In this document: in pieces, positions 49,841 to 63,600 of the stretch | Numbering within the stretch: position 1 is the stretch's first letter | How the letters are laid out: each line of letters begins with the position of its first letter | NCBI GenBank assembly: GCA_964187785.1 | Contig: OZ076409.1 | Coordinates: forward strand, 97,776,001-97,840,000 | DNA from: Amphiscolops sp. MND2022 | Taxonomy: Eukaryota | Direction of reading: 5' to 3' | Length of the DNA stretch: 64,000 nt | Position numbers and translations under genes: made by a program | Notes under the pieces: generated by a model | Database searches by the model: none | Told to the model about the DNA's origin: nothing | What the model saw: the letters and a program-made list of their open reading frames with translations, nothing else

Positions 49841-51657
49841 TCGGGAAATCTTTAGAACAAACAAAAATTTAAACTTTTGCAAGTCTTCCGCTCATCACTT
49901 CACATTTGGTGATTCTCAACGACAGTTTTTTTGAGAAAACATACAAAAAATACAGAAACAACTTCCAACAAACCGGGAACAGTTGAAAACAACGCCAGCC
50001 CAAAAAGACAACTTTTGTGAAAACTCTCATCAACTTTCAGTGGTTGAAGGGGCATCCTTGATAATACACAAAAAACGCTTTTCCTAGCTGAAAACATCAA
50101 AAAGCATGAAGTTTGCAGAAAAATGTCATCTCGAGAAAAATTTGGGGTGAAAAATTGCACAGTGCCAAAAAATTGAAAGAAGAGAGGCCCTTTGGTCTCA
50201 TCTATTTTCGCAAAACTAAAAACAAACTTGTTCAGGTAGAGATTCGAACCCATAGATGCCTCCTTCGCAGTAACGCACTCATCGACAATGCGAAGCATCG
50301 TGACAACGAAACGAAAAGGAGAAATTTATACTAACATATCATCTATGTATTGGAGTTTCTTTATAAAAAGTCACCACTATAATCTACGTTTTCTATCGAA
50401 ATCGGAGCCATTTACTGGAGACTAAATTGGATATAATATTTGATAGTACGTCCCAATAATGGAACTTTTTTCCTTTTCCTACTCACGCAAAACATTTTTG
50501 GAAAATTGCAAAATTAGCTGATTATGTGCAATTATGTGTAGTTATCAAATTTTTCAAAAGTTAAAAAGTAACTTTAGCAGTAGTGGAGTCGAATTCATTA
50601 GGCAAAAAATTATTTTTTTAACAATGTGTAGGTAAAAAAGGAAAAAGAGCCCATATAATTATTGAACAAAAATTCTAAACAGCGCTTTTTGAAATAGGCA
50701 GTGTAATCTTGGTTTTACTTTCAATTACTGTTTTCAGTTTCTTTCCTACGAATATTATGGCTTCATATTTGCGCGCAACACTAAGAGAAACTTTTTTCTT
50801 TACTCCCCCACACTTCTCGGTTCCGAAAATTGACATCAGAACGCTTTTATCATTTGAAGTTATTCATACAACACAAAATCAAAATGTTCATTTCAATAAA
50901 GGTTGTTCACGCAAGTTAATGAAATTGTTTTCTCATTTTGTTCAAATCACTCCCGGTTTGAAAAATAAATTTTGCAAAACTGTTCTTTGAAATGTATGAA
51001 AAAATGAATCAATAAAATTCGTTCAGGATCATTGCTTGTTATTCAAAACAAGAAGCTGTCCAAACTGCGATTCTGAAATGTTTATTTGTATTGGAGAAAA
51101 AGAAGATAGGTCCCGCTACAACAATAGAAAGTGTAAAAACAGTCCCAAAAGCAGTTTCCACCAGTGCCGCATGTGTGGTAAAGGAGTCGGAAACGGATTA
51201 AAATATATAAATACAAATTAAAAAAGAATCGTATGGACAGTTTTTGAGAAAATCGAAAAAGTTCAAAAATGGCGGTTTTTGGTCGTTTTCGTGCTACTTT
51301 CGGCTACGTTTCTCAATTCCTAGTCATACGATTTTGATGCCATTGCGCACTCAGGACCCTAATATGGTGTAGAATGACTGCAAAAAGTTGTGTTCGAATC
51401 CAATGGACAGTTTTTGAGGAAATAGAAAAAGTCCAAAAACGGCCGTTTTTTGATCAAATTTGTACTAATTTTGGCTACCTTTCTCAGACCCCAGTCATTC
51501 GATTCTGCTGGTATTGTGCACGCAGGAGCACCTTCAAAAAAATTGTACGGACAGTTTTTTTTTGAAATTTTCCGAAAATTTTTTTTTCAACTCCTAAAAA
51601 CGTATGGGGAGGAGGGGGTGTTTTGTGAGAAAAGAGCCCACAAAAACATCATCTAGC

Positions 51658-51886
51658 CTCAATCTGAAGTCATTGATGAGGCCTTCAAAGAGTCTGCCTG
51701 AGTACCGCAAGTTCTGACGAGGATCACAAGGCTCTTCGGGGGGCTGATCGGGGGCACTTCTCTTGCTGCGTCGACTGCGGGCACCCCCTGAGACGTTCCT
51801 GTCAGGTCTTTCCCTCCAAAATCCCCCCACAGAAGCCTCGGTCCCTTTCGTGCTCCGTCTACTTTGCATAGAGTCTGCCTTTTCAT
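51658..51886 (-). CDS. SLC4-family transporter exon (end of cytoplasmic domain), with a probable GC donor
   Basis: ttgcag|..EKADSMQ...NLRYSGRLFEGLINDFRL(R)|gctaga, resembling the SLC4 'L.RTGRLFGGL..D.RR' motif. Confidence 0.85.
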
Positions 51887-53162
51887 CTGCAAACAAAAAC
51901 AAGACGGGAACGTCCCAAGTCAGCGCCATATCTAAGGCTCAAAAATATTCAAGGAACAACTATTGGAAACATTTGGAAAATTTATTTTTTTCTAAAAAGT
52001 ATTTGGTTAAAAAAGTCGCACAATGCCGAGAAACCCAAAAGAGGTCATTTAGGTTCATTAAACGTTTTTACAAACCTAAAACTTCAAAAAAATGCAAAGG
52101 GGTACTCTTTGATAAAATTCGAAAATTTTCGAGAAAAAATTCGCATAGTGCCGAAAAAAACCAAAGGGCCCTTTGGTCTCTCTTGTACTTTTGGAAGCAT
52201 AAAAAATTATGGTTTAGTGCGAGAATCGAACCCACGCTCTCCGGGTTCAGAAAATTGGTCGAAGTTGAACAAATGAACAAATTGTAAAAAGTGGACCACT
52301 CAGAGTGAGATTGTCAACTGAAAAAAAACTACTCACTGTAATAGTCGGGCTTTTTTCCTTAAGGGAAAAGGCACCGACTAAAAACGTTTCGATTTTTCTT
52401 CGAAGATGTGTACTGATCATAATATTTTCATAAACTGATAACTCTCGCGAATTTCGAAGTTTGTGGCTTTACTTACATCTAAGTTGGGTATATTTAGAGT
52501 GGCGAATCAAATTTTACTCTATAGGTTTTTTTGACTGAGCCACTTAGTGAAGTTATTCTCAGAGAAAAAAACAAAAGATTTCTTTAGAATCGAAGTTTAC
52601 TAAATGGCATTTCATCAATGACAATCAGTGATCGATCGAAAGCCATGACACATTTAGTTCTGGCCACTGCTTGAAATCAAAAAATTTAAAAACTCTTGAA
52701 ACGTCTACTAACAAGCCAGGAACGGCCAAAGTCGGCAACCGCTCAAGATTATTTTTATATATGTAAAGAAACACTATCGTGCAAAGTTTATCAGATTTAC
52801 AGTGCCGAAAAATACCTGAAATACCCTAGAACTCGAAAACCGCTTTTCCTTAAGTTGAAATATCAAAAAACTCATTTTTTAAACTCAAACTTTCCGAATT
52901 TTTTTTGGAAAAAAGACTCATAGTGACAAAAAAGGAGCTGTAAGCTCGTTAAACGCTTTTTTCAGGACGAAAACATTTATTAAAGTGAAGGGTTCCATTT
53001 AACCAAACTAAAATTCAAATTGCGAAAAAATTCGCACAGTGTAGGGAAACTGTAGGTCTTTTCCACAATCATTGAGAAAACTCATCAGTGCTACAGGACC
53101 CAAAAACTTTTCGAACAATCTCACAGTGCTGTTTAGACAAAACTCGTCGACTAAAAACGCCA

Positions 53163-53185
53163 ACAGAGAAACAAAGAAAGTAAGT

Positions 53186-53216
<31 letters not shown>

Positions 53217-53600
53217 GAAAAGAGTGACTAAGTGAGAAAGAAAGTAAGAAAGAAAGAAAGAAAGAAAGAGAGAAAGGAAAAGAGTGACTAAGTGAGAAAG
53301 AAAGAAAGAAAAAGAGTGACTAAGTAAGGAAAAAAGTGAGAAAGAAGAAAGGAAAGAAAGAAAGAAAAAGAGTGACTTAGTGAGAAAGAAAGAAAGAAAG
53401 AAAGAAAAAAAGAGTGACTAAGTGAGAAAGAAAGTAAGAAAGAGAGAAAGAAAGAAAGAGAGAAAGAATGAAAGAAAGAAAAAAAGTGACTAAGTAAGGA
53501 AGAAAGTAAGTAAGAAAGAAAGGAAAGAAAGAAAGAAAGAAGGAAAGGAAAAAAAAGAAAGAAAGGAAAAAGTGAGGAAGTGAGAAAGAAAGAAAAACAA
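53163..53600. repeat. Purine-rich (GAAA)n / GAGTGACTAAGT compound microsatellite
   Basis: Direct reading. Confidence 0.95.
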
Positions 53601-56600
53601 AGGCGCAACTGCCATTGCGCGACGGCTCCGAGCAGACGACCTCTTTGAGAGAGCCCAGGAGTAATGGGTTCTACGAAAGTGCGCCCAAGCACCCCCAATT
53701 GCATGAGGTACGTCAAAATACACTTTCTTCTCGAAAAAAACTCGCAAAAAAACAAATTTTAGATTTTTATTCGCCATTTTCTCAACGACCAATGATCGTA
53801 GGATAATGAAATTTTCTCTAATGAGCTCAAAGAAGACATCATCTTGCGTTGGTTGGTACTAATTATGAGCCGGTTCGATTCGTTTAAGTAGTAAAATTAA
53901 GCAAAATCTACATTCAGAATTTTTTTTCGAAAAAAAACATAAAAAGTTTCTGATTTTTAATCGCCATTTTTTGAACGCCCAATAATTGTATATTATTTAA
54001 ACTTTCACGACCTTAAATAAGACATTTTCTTGCGTCAGTTGGTACCTATTTGGAGACGGTTCGAAATGGTTCAAGCGGTAAAATTACCTAAAATCGGATA
54101 AAAACCCTAAAAATTTTCGCAAAAATTATGTTTTCGAAGCTAATAAAATCGCCATGGCAAAAAATTGTCGGAACCTTCTTACATGGCTAGAAAGGGCATT
54201 CAGTTGCGGTTGTTTTTCAAAAAATTTAGGTTGGTTTAAGTAGTAAAATTGAGCAAAATCTACATTTAGAAAATTTTTTCGAAAAAAAATTCAAAAAATT
54301 CCCGATTTTTATTCGCCATTTTCTCAACGCCCAATAATTGTAAAATAATGAAACTTTCACGACCTTAAAGAAGACATCCTTTTGCGTCATTTGGTACCCA
54401 TTCTGAGACGGTTCGATATGGTTCAAGTGGAAAAATTACGCAAAATCGGAAAAAAACCTAAAAATTTTCGCAAAAATCATGTTTTCGAAGCTGATATAAT
54501 CGCCCAGGCGGAAAATGTTCAGAACCTTCTTACATGGCCAGAAAAGGCATTCACTTGCAGATCTTTTTTTGAAATTTTGAATTGTCTCGGAGAAATAGGC
54601 TTGGAGAAAAATAGCCGAAACTTTTACAAATGCAGAGGGATGTCACGTTTTGGCGAAAAAAAACATAGGCGCGACGGCATGTCGCGCTTAGGCACGAGCA
54701 GAAACGTTCAATGGTCTGCAGAAGGTGTTACAAATTCTTTAAATTCCAGGGCCCACTACCTTGTGAATTTTTCCAGTCTCAGATGAGAATGTTTTGGTGA
54801 ATGAACTAAAAAGATGAAGGAAAATTTTTTTTGAGAAAAATGAAAATATGTATTTTTGGCAGAAACCCGAAGGAGTCATACTTCATGACGGAAACTTTGA
54901 TAGTACAAAAAGTAGCCTACATACTTGCCTCACTTTGTGAGGGAGAAAAGTTTTCCGTATCTATTTCCAGTTCGGAGAAAAATCAGCTACAAATTGGAAA
55001 AAAATGAAAAAAATTCAGAAAAATTTTTTCATTACTTCATTTGCTAAAAAATCCAGAGCGAAAAAAATTCGACATCACTTTTAGCCTAAAACGTAGCCTA
55101 CATAAGCCTCGTAAAATCAACGAAACCATGAACGCCATATTTGGTCTCGGTCATGAGATATACGAGCTCAAGTTAAAAAGAACCAAGAAATTTTTTTGAT
55201 AGAAAATGAAGTTTTTTTGGCAGAAAAACGAAGGCGTCATACTTGATGACGGTAACTTTGTTGGTCCAAAAAGTAGCCTATATCTATGCTGTTCTTCTCG
55301 AAAGAGAACGGTTTCTGTAACTTTTATCAGTTTTGAGAAATATGAGCTTGGAATGAGAAAAAATTTTTCGAAAAATTTTTGGTCCTTTTTTGCCCAAAAA
55401 CACCAAGTATGAAAAAAAACTTTGACGTCATTTTCAGGCCAAAATGTAGCCTATAAAATGCTTGTACATTTTACGAAACCATGGACATTGTATTCGGTCT
55501 CAGTTCTGAGATATAGGAAATCAAAGAGGTCATTTAGGTTCATTAAACGTTTTTACAAACCTAAAACTTCAAAAAAATGCAAAGGGGTACTCTTTGATAA
55601 AATTCGAAAATTTTCGAGAAAAAATTCGCATAGTGCCGAAAATAACCAAAGGGCCCTTTTGTCTCTCTTGTACTTTTGGAAGCATAAAAAATTATGGTTT
55701 AGTGCGAGAATCGAACCCACGCTCTCCGGGTTCAGAAAATTGGTCGAAGTTGAACAAATGAACAAATTGTAAAAAGTGGATCACTCAGAGTGAGATTGTC
55801 AACTGAAAAAAACTACTCACTGTAATAGTCGGGCTTTTTTCCTTAAGGGAAAAGGCGCCGACTAAAAACGTTTCGATTTTTCTTCGAAGATGTGTACTGA
55901 TCATAATATTTTCATAAACTGATAACTCTCGCGAATTTCGAAGTTTGTGGCTTTACTTACATCTAAGTTGGGTATATTTAGAGTGGCGAATCAAATTTTA
56001 CTCTATGGGTTTTTTTGATTGAGCCATTTAGTGAAGTTATTCTCAGAGAAAAAAACAAAAGATTTCTTTAGAATCGAAGTTTACTAAATGGCATTTCATC
56101 AATGACAATCAGTGATCGATCGAAAGCCATGACACATTTAGTTCTGGCCAATGCTTGAAATCAAAAAATTCAAAAACTCTTGAAACGTCTACTAACAAGC
56201 CAGGAACGGCCAAAGTCGGCAACCGCTCAAGATTATTTTTATATATGTAAAGAAACACTATCGTGCAAAATTTATCAGATTTACAGTGCCGAAAAATACC
56301 TGAAATACCCTAGGACTCGAAAACCGCTTTTCCTTAAGTTGAAATATCAAAAAACTCATTTTTTAAACTCAAACTTTCCGAATTTTTTTTGGAAAAAAGA
56401 CTCATAGTGACAAAAAAGGAGCTGTAAGCTCGTTAAACCCTTTTTTCAGGACGAAAACATTTATTAAAGTGAAGGGTTCCATTTAACCAAACTAAAATTC
56501 AAATTGCGAAAAAATTCGCACAGTGTAGGGTAACTGTAGGTCTTTTCCACAATCATTGAGAAAACTCATCAGTGCTACAGGACCCAAAAACTTTTCGAAA

Positions 56601-56644
56601 AATCTCACAGTGCTGTTTAGACAAAACTCGTCGACTAAAAACGC

Positions 56645-56994
56645 CAACAGAGAAACAAAGAAAGTAAGTAAGAAAGAAAGAAAGAAACAAAGAAAGGAAA
56701 AGAGTGACTAAGTGAGAAAGAAAGTAAGAAAGAACGAAAGTAAGAAAGAAAGAAAGAAAGAAAGAAAGAGAGAAAGGAAAAGAGTGACTAAGTGAGAAAG
56801 AAAGAATGAAAGAAAGAAAGAAAAAGAGTGACTAAGTAAAGAAGAAAGTAAGGAAGAAGAAAGGAGAGAAAGAAAGAAAAAGAGTGACTAAGTGAGAAAG
56901 AAAGAATGAAAGAAAGAAAGAAAAAGAGTGACTAAGTAAAGAAGAAAGTAAGGAAGAAGAAAGGAGAGAAAGAAAGAAAAAGAGTGACTTAGTG

Positions 56995-57029
<35 letters not shown>

Positions 57030-57280
57030 AAAAGAGTGACTTAGTGAGAAAGAAAGAAAGAAAGAAGGAAAGAAAGAAAAAAAAGAGTGACTAAGTGAGA
57101 AAGAAAGTAAGAAAGAGAGAAAGAAAGAAAGAAAGAATGGAAGAAAGAAAGAAAAAAAGTGACTAAGTAAGGAAGAAAGTAAGTAAGAAAGAAAGGAAAG
57201 AAAGAAAGAAAGAAAGAAGGAAAGGAAAAAAAGAAAGAAAGAAAGGAAAAAAAGTGAGGAAGTGAGAAAGAAAAACAAAG
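56645..57280. repeat. Expanded second copy of the purine-rich microsatellite
   Basis: Direct reading; about 200 bp longer than the first copy. Confidence 0.95.
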
Positions 57281-57699
57281 GCGCAACTGCCATTGCGCGA
57301 CGGCTCCGAGCAGACGACCTCTTTGAGAGAGCCCAGGAGTAATGGGTTCCACGAAAGTGCGCCCAAGCACCCCTAATTGCATGAGGTACGTCAAAATACA
57401 CTTTCTTCTCAAAAAAAACTCGCAAAAAAAACCAAATTTTAGATTTTTATTCGCCATTTTCTCAACGACCAATGATCGTAGGATAATGAAATTTTCTCTA
57501 ATGAGCTCAGAGAAGACATCTTCTTGCGTTGGTTGGTACTAAGTATGAGCCGGTTCGATTCGTTTAAGTAGTAAAATTAAGCAAAATCTACATTCAGAAA
57601 TTTTTTTTCGAAAAAAAACATAAAAAGTTTCTGATTTTTAATCGTCATTTTTTGAACGCCCAATAATTGTAAAATATTTAAACTTTCACGACCTTAAAT

Positions 57700-60600
57700 A
57701 AGACATTTTCTTGCGTCGGTTGGTACCTATTTCGAGACGGTTCGAAATGGTTCAAGTAGAAAAATTACGCAAAACCGGAAAAAAACCTAAAAATTTTCGC
57801 AAAAATCAAGTTTTCGAAGCTAATATAATCGCCCAGGCGGAAAATGTTCGGAATCTTTTTACATGGCCAGAAGAAGCATTCACTTGCGGATCTTTTTTTG
57901 AAATTTTGAATTGTCTCGGAGAAATAGGCTTGGAGAAAAATAGCCGAAACTTTTACAAATGCAGAGGGATGTCACGTTTTGGCGAAAAAAACATAGGCGC
58001 GACGGCATGTCGCGCTTAGGCACGAGCAGAAACGTTCAATGGTCTGCAGAAGGTGTTACAAATTCTTTAAATTCCAGGGCCCACTACCTTGTGAACTTTT
58101 CCAGTCTCAGATGAGGATGTTTTGGTGAATGAACTAAAAAGTTGAAGGAAAATTTTTTTTGAGAAAAATGAAAATATGTATTTTTGGCAGAAACCCGAAG
58201 GCGTCATACTTCATGACGGAAACTTTGATAGTACAAAAAGTAGCCTACATACTTGCCTCACTTTGTGAGGGAGAAAAGTTTTCGTATCTATTTCCAGTTC
58301 GGAGAAAAATCAGCTACAAATTGGAAAAAAATGGAAAAAATTCAGAAAAATTTTTTCATTACTTCATTTGCTAAAAAATCCAGAGCGAAAAAAATTCGAC
58401 ATCACTTTTAGCCTAAAACGTAGCCTACATAAGCCTCGTAAAATCAACGAAACCATGAACGCCATATTTGGTCTCGGTCATGAGATATACGAGCTCAAGC
58501 TAAAAAGAACCAAGAAATTTTTTTGAAAGAAAATGAAGTTTTTTTTGGCAGAAAAACGAAGGCGTCATACTTGATGACGGTAACTTTGTTGGTCCAAAAA
58601 GTAGCCTATATCTATGCTGTTCTTCTCGAAAGAGAACGGTTTCGGTAACTTTTATCAGTTTTGAGAAATATGAGCTTGGAATGAGAAAAAATTTTTCGAA
58701 AAATTTTTTGTCCTTTTTTTGCCCAAAAACACCAAGTATGAAAAAAAACTTTGACGTCATTTTTAGGCCAAAATGTAGCCTATAAAACGCTTGTACAATT
58801 TACGAAACCATGGACAATGTGTTCGGTCTCAGTTCTGAGATATAGGAGATCAAAGATGAAAAATTGTCAAAAATAGCGTTTTTTCAAGACTTCTTTTGAA
58901 AAAAACCCATGAAGCCGAATTTTTTTCGAGATTTTTTTTCGGCGAAAATGTAGCCCAGGATCCTGCGCAACTTTTAGCGAAAACATGGTGTCCGTATCTG
59001 TTCTGGATTTTGAGAAACTTGCCTCACAAGTTTGAAAAATTGGCACATGTCACGAAATCTGCGAAAACAAAAAACAATGGCGCAACTGCCATTGCGCGAC
59101 GGCTCCGAGCAGACGACCTCTTTGAGAGAGCCCAGGAGTAATGGGTTCTACGAAAGTGCGCCCAAGCACCCCAATTGATGGGGTACGTCAAAATACTTTT
59201 TTCGCAAAAAAAAAACAGATTTTTGTCGCAAAAATCCATAAATTTTCCGATTTTTATTCGCCATTTTCTCAACGACCAATGATCATAGGATAATGAAACT
59301 TTCATAAGATTAGAGAAGACATCCTCCTCTTGCGTCGGTCGTTGCTAATTATGAGCCGGTTCGATGTCGTTTAAGTAGAAAACTTGAGCAAAATCTACAT
59401 TTAGAAAATTTTTTCGGAAAACCCAAAAATGTTGCGATTTTTATTCGCCATTTTCTCAACGACCAATGATCGTAGGATAATGAAACTTTCATGAGGTTAG
59501 AGAAGACATCTTCTTGCGTTAGTCGGTACTAATTATGAGCCGGTTCGACTCGTTTAAGTATTAAAATTGAGCAAAATCTACATTTAGAAAATTTTTTCGC
59601 TAAAAACCCAAAAACTTTTCCAATTTTTATTCGCTATTTTCTCAGCGACCAATGATCGTAGGATAATGAAACTTTCATGAGCTTAGAGAAGACATCCTCT
59701 TGCGTTAGTCGGTACTAATTATGAGCCGGTTCAACTCGTTTAAGTATTAAAATTGAGCAAAATCTACATTTAGAAAATTTTTTCGCGAAAACCCAAAATT
59801 TTTCCAATTTTTATTCGCCAATTTCTCAACGACCAATGATCGTAGGATAATGAAACTTTCATGAGCTTAGAGAAGACATCCTCTTGCGTTAGTCGGTACT
59901 AATTATGAGCCGGTTCGACTCGTTTAAGTATTAAAATTGAGCAAAATCTACATTTAGAAAATTTTTTCGCGAAAACCCAAAATTTTTCCAATTTTTATTC
60001 GCCAATTTCTCAACGACCAATGATCGTAGGATAATGAAACTTTCATGAGCTTAGAGAAGACATCCTCTTGCGTCAGTCGGTACTAATTATGAGCCGGTTC
60101 AATTTGTTTAAGTAGTAAAATTAAGCAAAATTTACATTTAGAAAATTTTTTCGAAAAAAAACCCAAAAAAATTCCCGATTTTTATTCGCCATTTTCTCAA
60201 TGCCCAATATTTGTAAAGAAATGAAATTTTCACGACCTTAAAGAAGACAACCTCTTGCGTCAGTTGGTATTCATTCTGAGACGGTTCGATATGGTTCAAG
60301 TGGAAAAATTACGCAAAATCCAAAAAAACCCTAAAAATTTTCGCAAAAATCATGTTTTCGAAGCTAATATAATCGCCCAGGCGGAAAATTTTCGGAACCT
60401 TCTACATGGCCAGAAAAGGCATTCACTTGCGGATCTTTTTTTGAAATTTTGAATTGTCTCGGAGGAATAGGCTTGGAGAAAAATAGCCGAAACTTTTACA
60501 AATGCAGAGGGATGTCACGTTTTGGCGAAAAAAAACATAGGCGCGACAGCATGTCGCGCTTAGGCACGAGCAGAAACGTTCAATGGTCTGCAGAAGGTGT

Positions 60601-63600
60601 TACAAATTCTTTAAGTTCCAGGGCCCACTACCTTGTGAACTTTTCCAGTCTCAGATGAGGATGTTTTGGTGAATGAACTAAAAAGATGAAGGAAAATTTT
60701 TTTTGAGAAAAATGAAAATATGTATTTTTGGCAGAAACCCGAAGGCGTCATACTTCATGACGGAAACTTTGATAGTAAAAAAAGTAGCCTACATACTTGC
60801 CTCACTTTGTGAGGGAGAAAAATTTTCGTATCTATTTCCAGTTCGGAGAAAAATCAGCTACAAATTGGAAAAAAATGGAAAAAATTCAGAAAAATTTTTT
60901 CATTACTTTATTTGCTAAAAAATCCAGAGCGAAAAAAATTCGACACCACTTTTAGCCTAAAACGTAGCCTACATAAGCCTCGTAAAATCAACGAAACCAT
61001 GAACGCCATATTTGGTCTCGGTCATGAGATATACGAGCTCAAGTTAAAAAGAACCAAGAAATTTTTTTGAAAGAAAATGAAGTTTTTTTTGGCAGAAAAA
61101 CGAAGGCGTCATACTTGATGACGGTAACTTTGTTGGTCCAAAAAGTAGCCTATATCTATGCTGTTCTTCTCGAAAGAGAACGGTTTCTGTAACTTTTATC
61201 AGTTTTGAGAAATATGAGCTTGGAATGAAAAAAAAATTTTCGAAAAATTTTTTGTCCTTTTTTTGCCCAAAAACACCAAGTATGAAAAAAAACTTTGACG
61301 TCATTTTTAGGCCAAAATGTAGCCTATAAAACGCTTGTACAATTTACGAAACCATGGACAATGTGTTCGGTCTCAGTTCTGAGATATAGGAGATCAAAGA
61401 TGAAAAATTGTCAAAAATAGCGTTTTTTCAAGACTTCTTTTGAAAAAAACCCATGAAGCCGAATTTTTTTCGAGATTTTTTTTCGGCGAAAATGTAGCCC
61501 AGGATCCTGCGCAACTTTTAGCGAAAACATGGTGTCCGTATCTGTTCTGGATTTTGAGAAACTTGCCTCACAAGTTTGAAAAATTGGCACATGTCACGAA
61601 ATCTGCGAAAACAAAAAACAATGGCGCAACTGCCATTGCGCGACGGCTCCGAGCAGACGACCTCTTTGAGAGAGCCCAGGAGTAATGGGTTCTACGAAAG
61701 TGCGCCCAAGCACCCCAATTGATGGGGTACGTCAAAATACTTTTTTCGCAAAAAAAAAACAGATTTTTGTCGCAAAAATCCATAAATTTTCCGATTTTTA
61801 TTCGCCATTTTCTCAACGACCAATGATCATAGGATAATGAAACTTTCATAAGATTAGAGAAGACATCCTCCTCTTGCGTCGGTCGTTGCTAATTATGAGC
61901 CGGTTCGATGTCGTTTAAGTAGAAAACTTGAGCAAAATCTACATTTAGAAAATTTTTTCGGAAAACCCAAAAATGTTGCGATTTTTATTCGCCATTTTCT
62001 CAACGACCAATGATCGTAGGATAATGAAACTTTCATGAGGTTAGAGAAGACATCTTCTTGCGTTAGTCGGTACTAATTATGAGCCGGTTCGACTCGTTTA
62101 AGTATTAAAATTGAGCAAAATCTACATTTAGAAAATTTTTTCGCTAAAAACCCAAAAACTTTTCCAATTTTTATTCGCTATTTTCTCAGCGACCAATGAT
62201 CGTAGGATAATGAAACTTTCATGAGCTTAGAGAAGACATCCTCTTGCGTTAGTCGGTACTAATTATGAGCCGGTTCAACTCGTTTAAGTATTAAAATTGA
62301 GCAAAATCTACATTTAGAAAATTTTTTCGCGAAAACCCAAAATTTTTCCAATTTTTATTCGCCAATTTCTCAACGACCAATGATCGTAGGATAATGAAAC
62401 TTTCATGAGCTTAGAGAAGACATCCTCTTGCGTTAGTCGGTACTAATTATGAGCCGGTTCGACTCGTTTAAGTATTAAAATTGAGCAAAATCTACATTTA
62501 GAAAATTTTTTCGCGAAAACCCAAAATTTTTCCAATTTTTATTCGCCAATTTCTCAACGACCAATGATCGTAGGATAATGAAACTTTCATGAGCTTAGAG
62601 AAGACATCCTCTTGCGTCAGTCGGTACTAATTATGAGCCGGTTCAATTTGTTTAAGTAGTAAAATTAAGCAAAATTTACATTTAGAAAATTTTTTCGAAA
62701 AAAAACCCAAAAAAATTCCCGATTTTTATTCGCCATTTTCTCAATGCCCAATATTTGTAAAGAAATGAAATTTTCACGACCTTAAAGAAGACAACCTCTT
62801 GCGTCAGTTGGTATTCATTCTGAGACGGTTCGATATGGTTCAAGTGGAAAAATTACGCAAAATCCAAAAAAACCCTAAAAATTTTCGCAAAAATCATGTT
62901 TTCGAAGCTAATATAATCGCCCAGGCGGAAAATTTTCGGAACCTTCTACATGGCCAGAAAAGGCATTCACTTGCGGATCTTTTTTTGAAATTTTGAATTG
63001 TCTCGGAGGAATAGGCTTGGAGAAAAATAGCCGAAACTTTTACAAATGCAGAGGGATGTCACGTTTTGGCGAAAAAAAACATAGGCGCGACAGCATGTCG
63101 CGCTTAGGCACGAGCAGAAACGTTCAATGGTCTGCAGAAGGTGTTACAAATTCTTTAAGTTCCAGGGCCCACTACCTTGTGAACTTTTCCAGTCTCAGAT
63201 GAGGATGTTTTGGTGAATGAACTAAAAAGATGAAGGAAAATTTTTTTTGAGAAAAATGAAAATATGTATTTTTGGCAGAAACCCGAAGGCGTCATACTTC
63301 ATGACGGAAACTTTGATAGTAAAAAAAGTAGCCTACATACTTGCCTCACTTTGTGAGGGAGAAAAATTTTCGTATCTATTTCCAGTTCGGAGAAAAATCA
63401 GCTACAAATTGGAAAAAAATGGAAAAAATTCAGAAAAATTTTTTCATTACTTTATTTGCTAAAAAATCCAGAGCGAAAAAAATTCGACACCACTTTTAGC
63501 CTAAAACGTAGCCTACATAAGCCTCGTAAAATCAACGAAACCATGAACGCCATATTTGGTCTCGGTCATGAGATATACGAGCTCAAGTTAAAAAGAACCA

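Larger units (their letters stand above)
52038..58856. repeat. ~3.4-kb tandem segmental duplication (52038-55522 / 55523-58856)
   Basis: Near-identical ORFs at offset 3484-3485; junction microhomology AAAGA. Confidence 0.9.

Noticed and set aside
51036..51221. Cys-rich 61-aa ORF (possible transposase C-terminal zinc finger)
   Set aside because: Short, TTG start, no supporting transposase core or TIRs identified.
53288..57472. Phe/Ser/Leu-rich minus-strand ORFs resembling membrane proteins
   Set aside because: They are translations of the (GAAA)n microsatellite.
59271..60250. Regularly spaced repeats as a CRISPR array
   Set aside because: Whole ~185-bp monomers repeat with no unique spacers; eukaryotic context and no cas genes.
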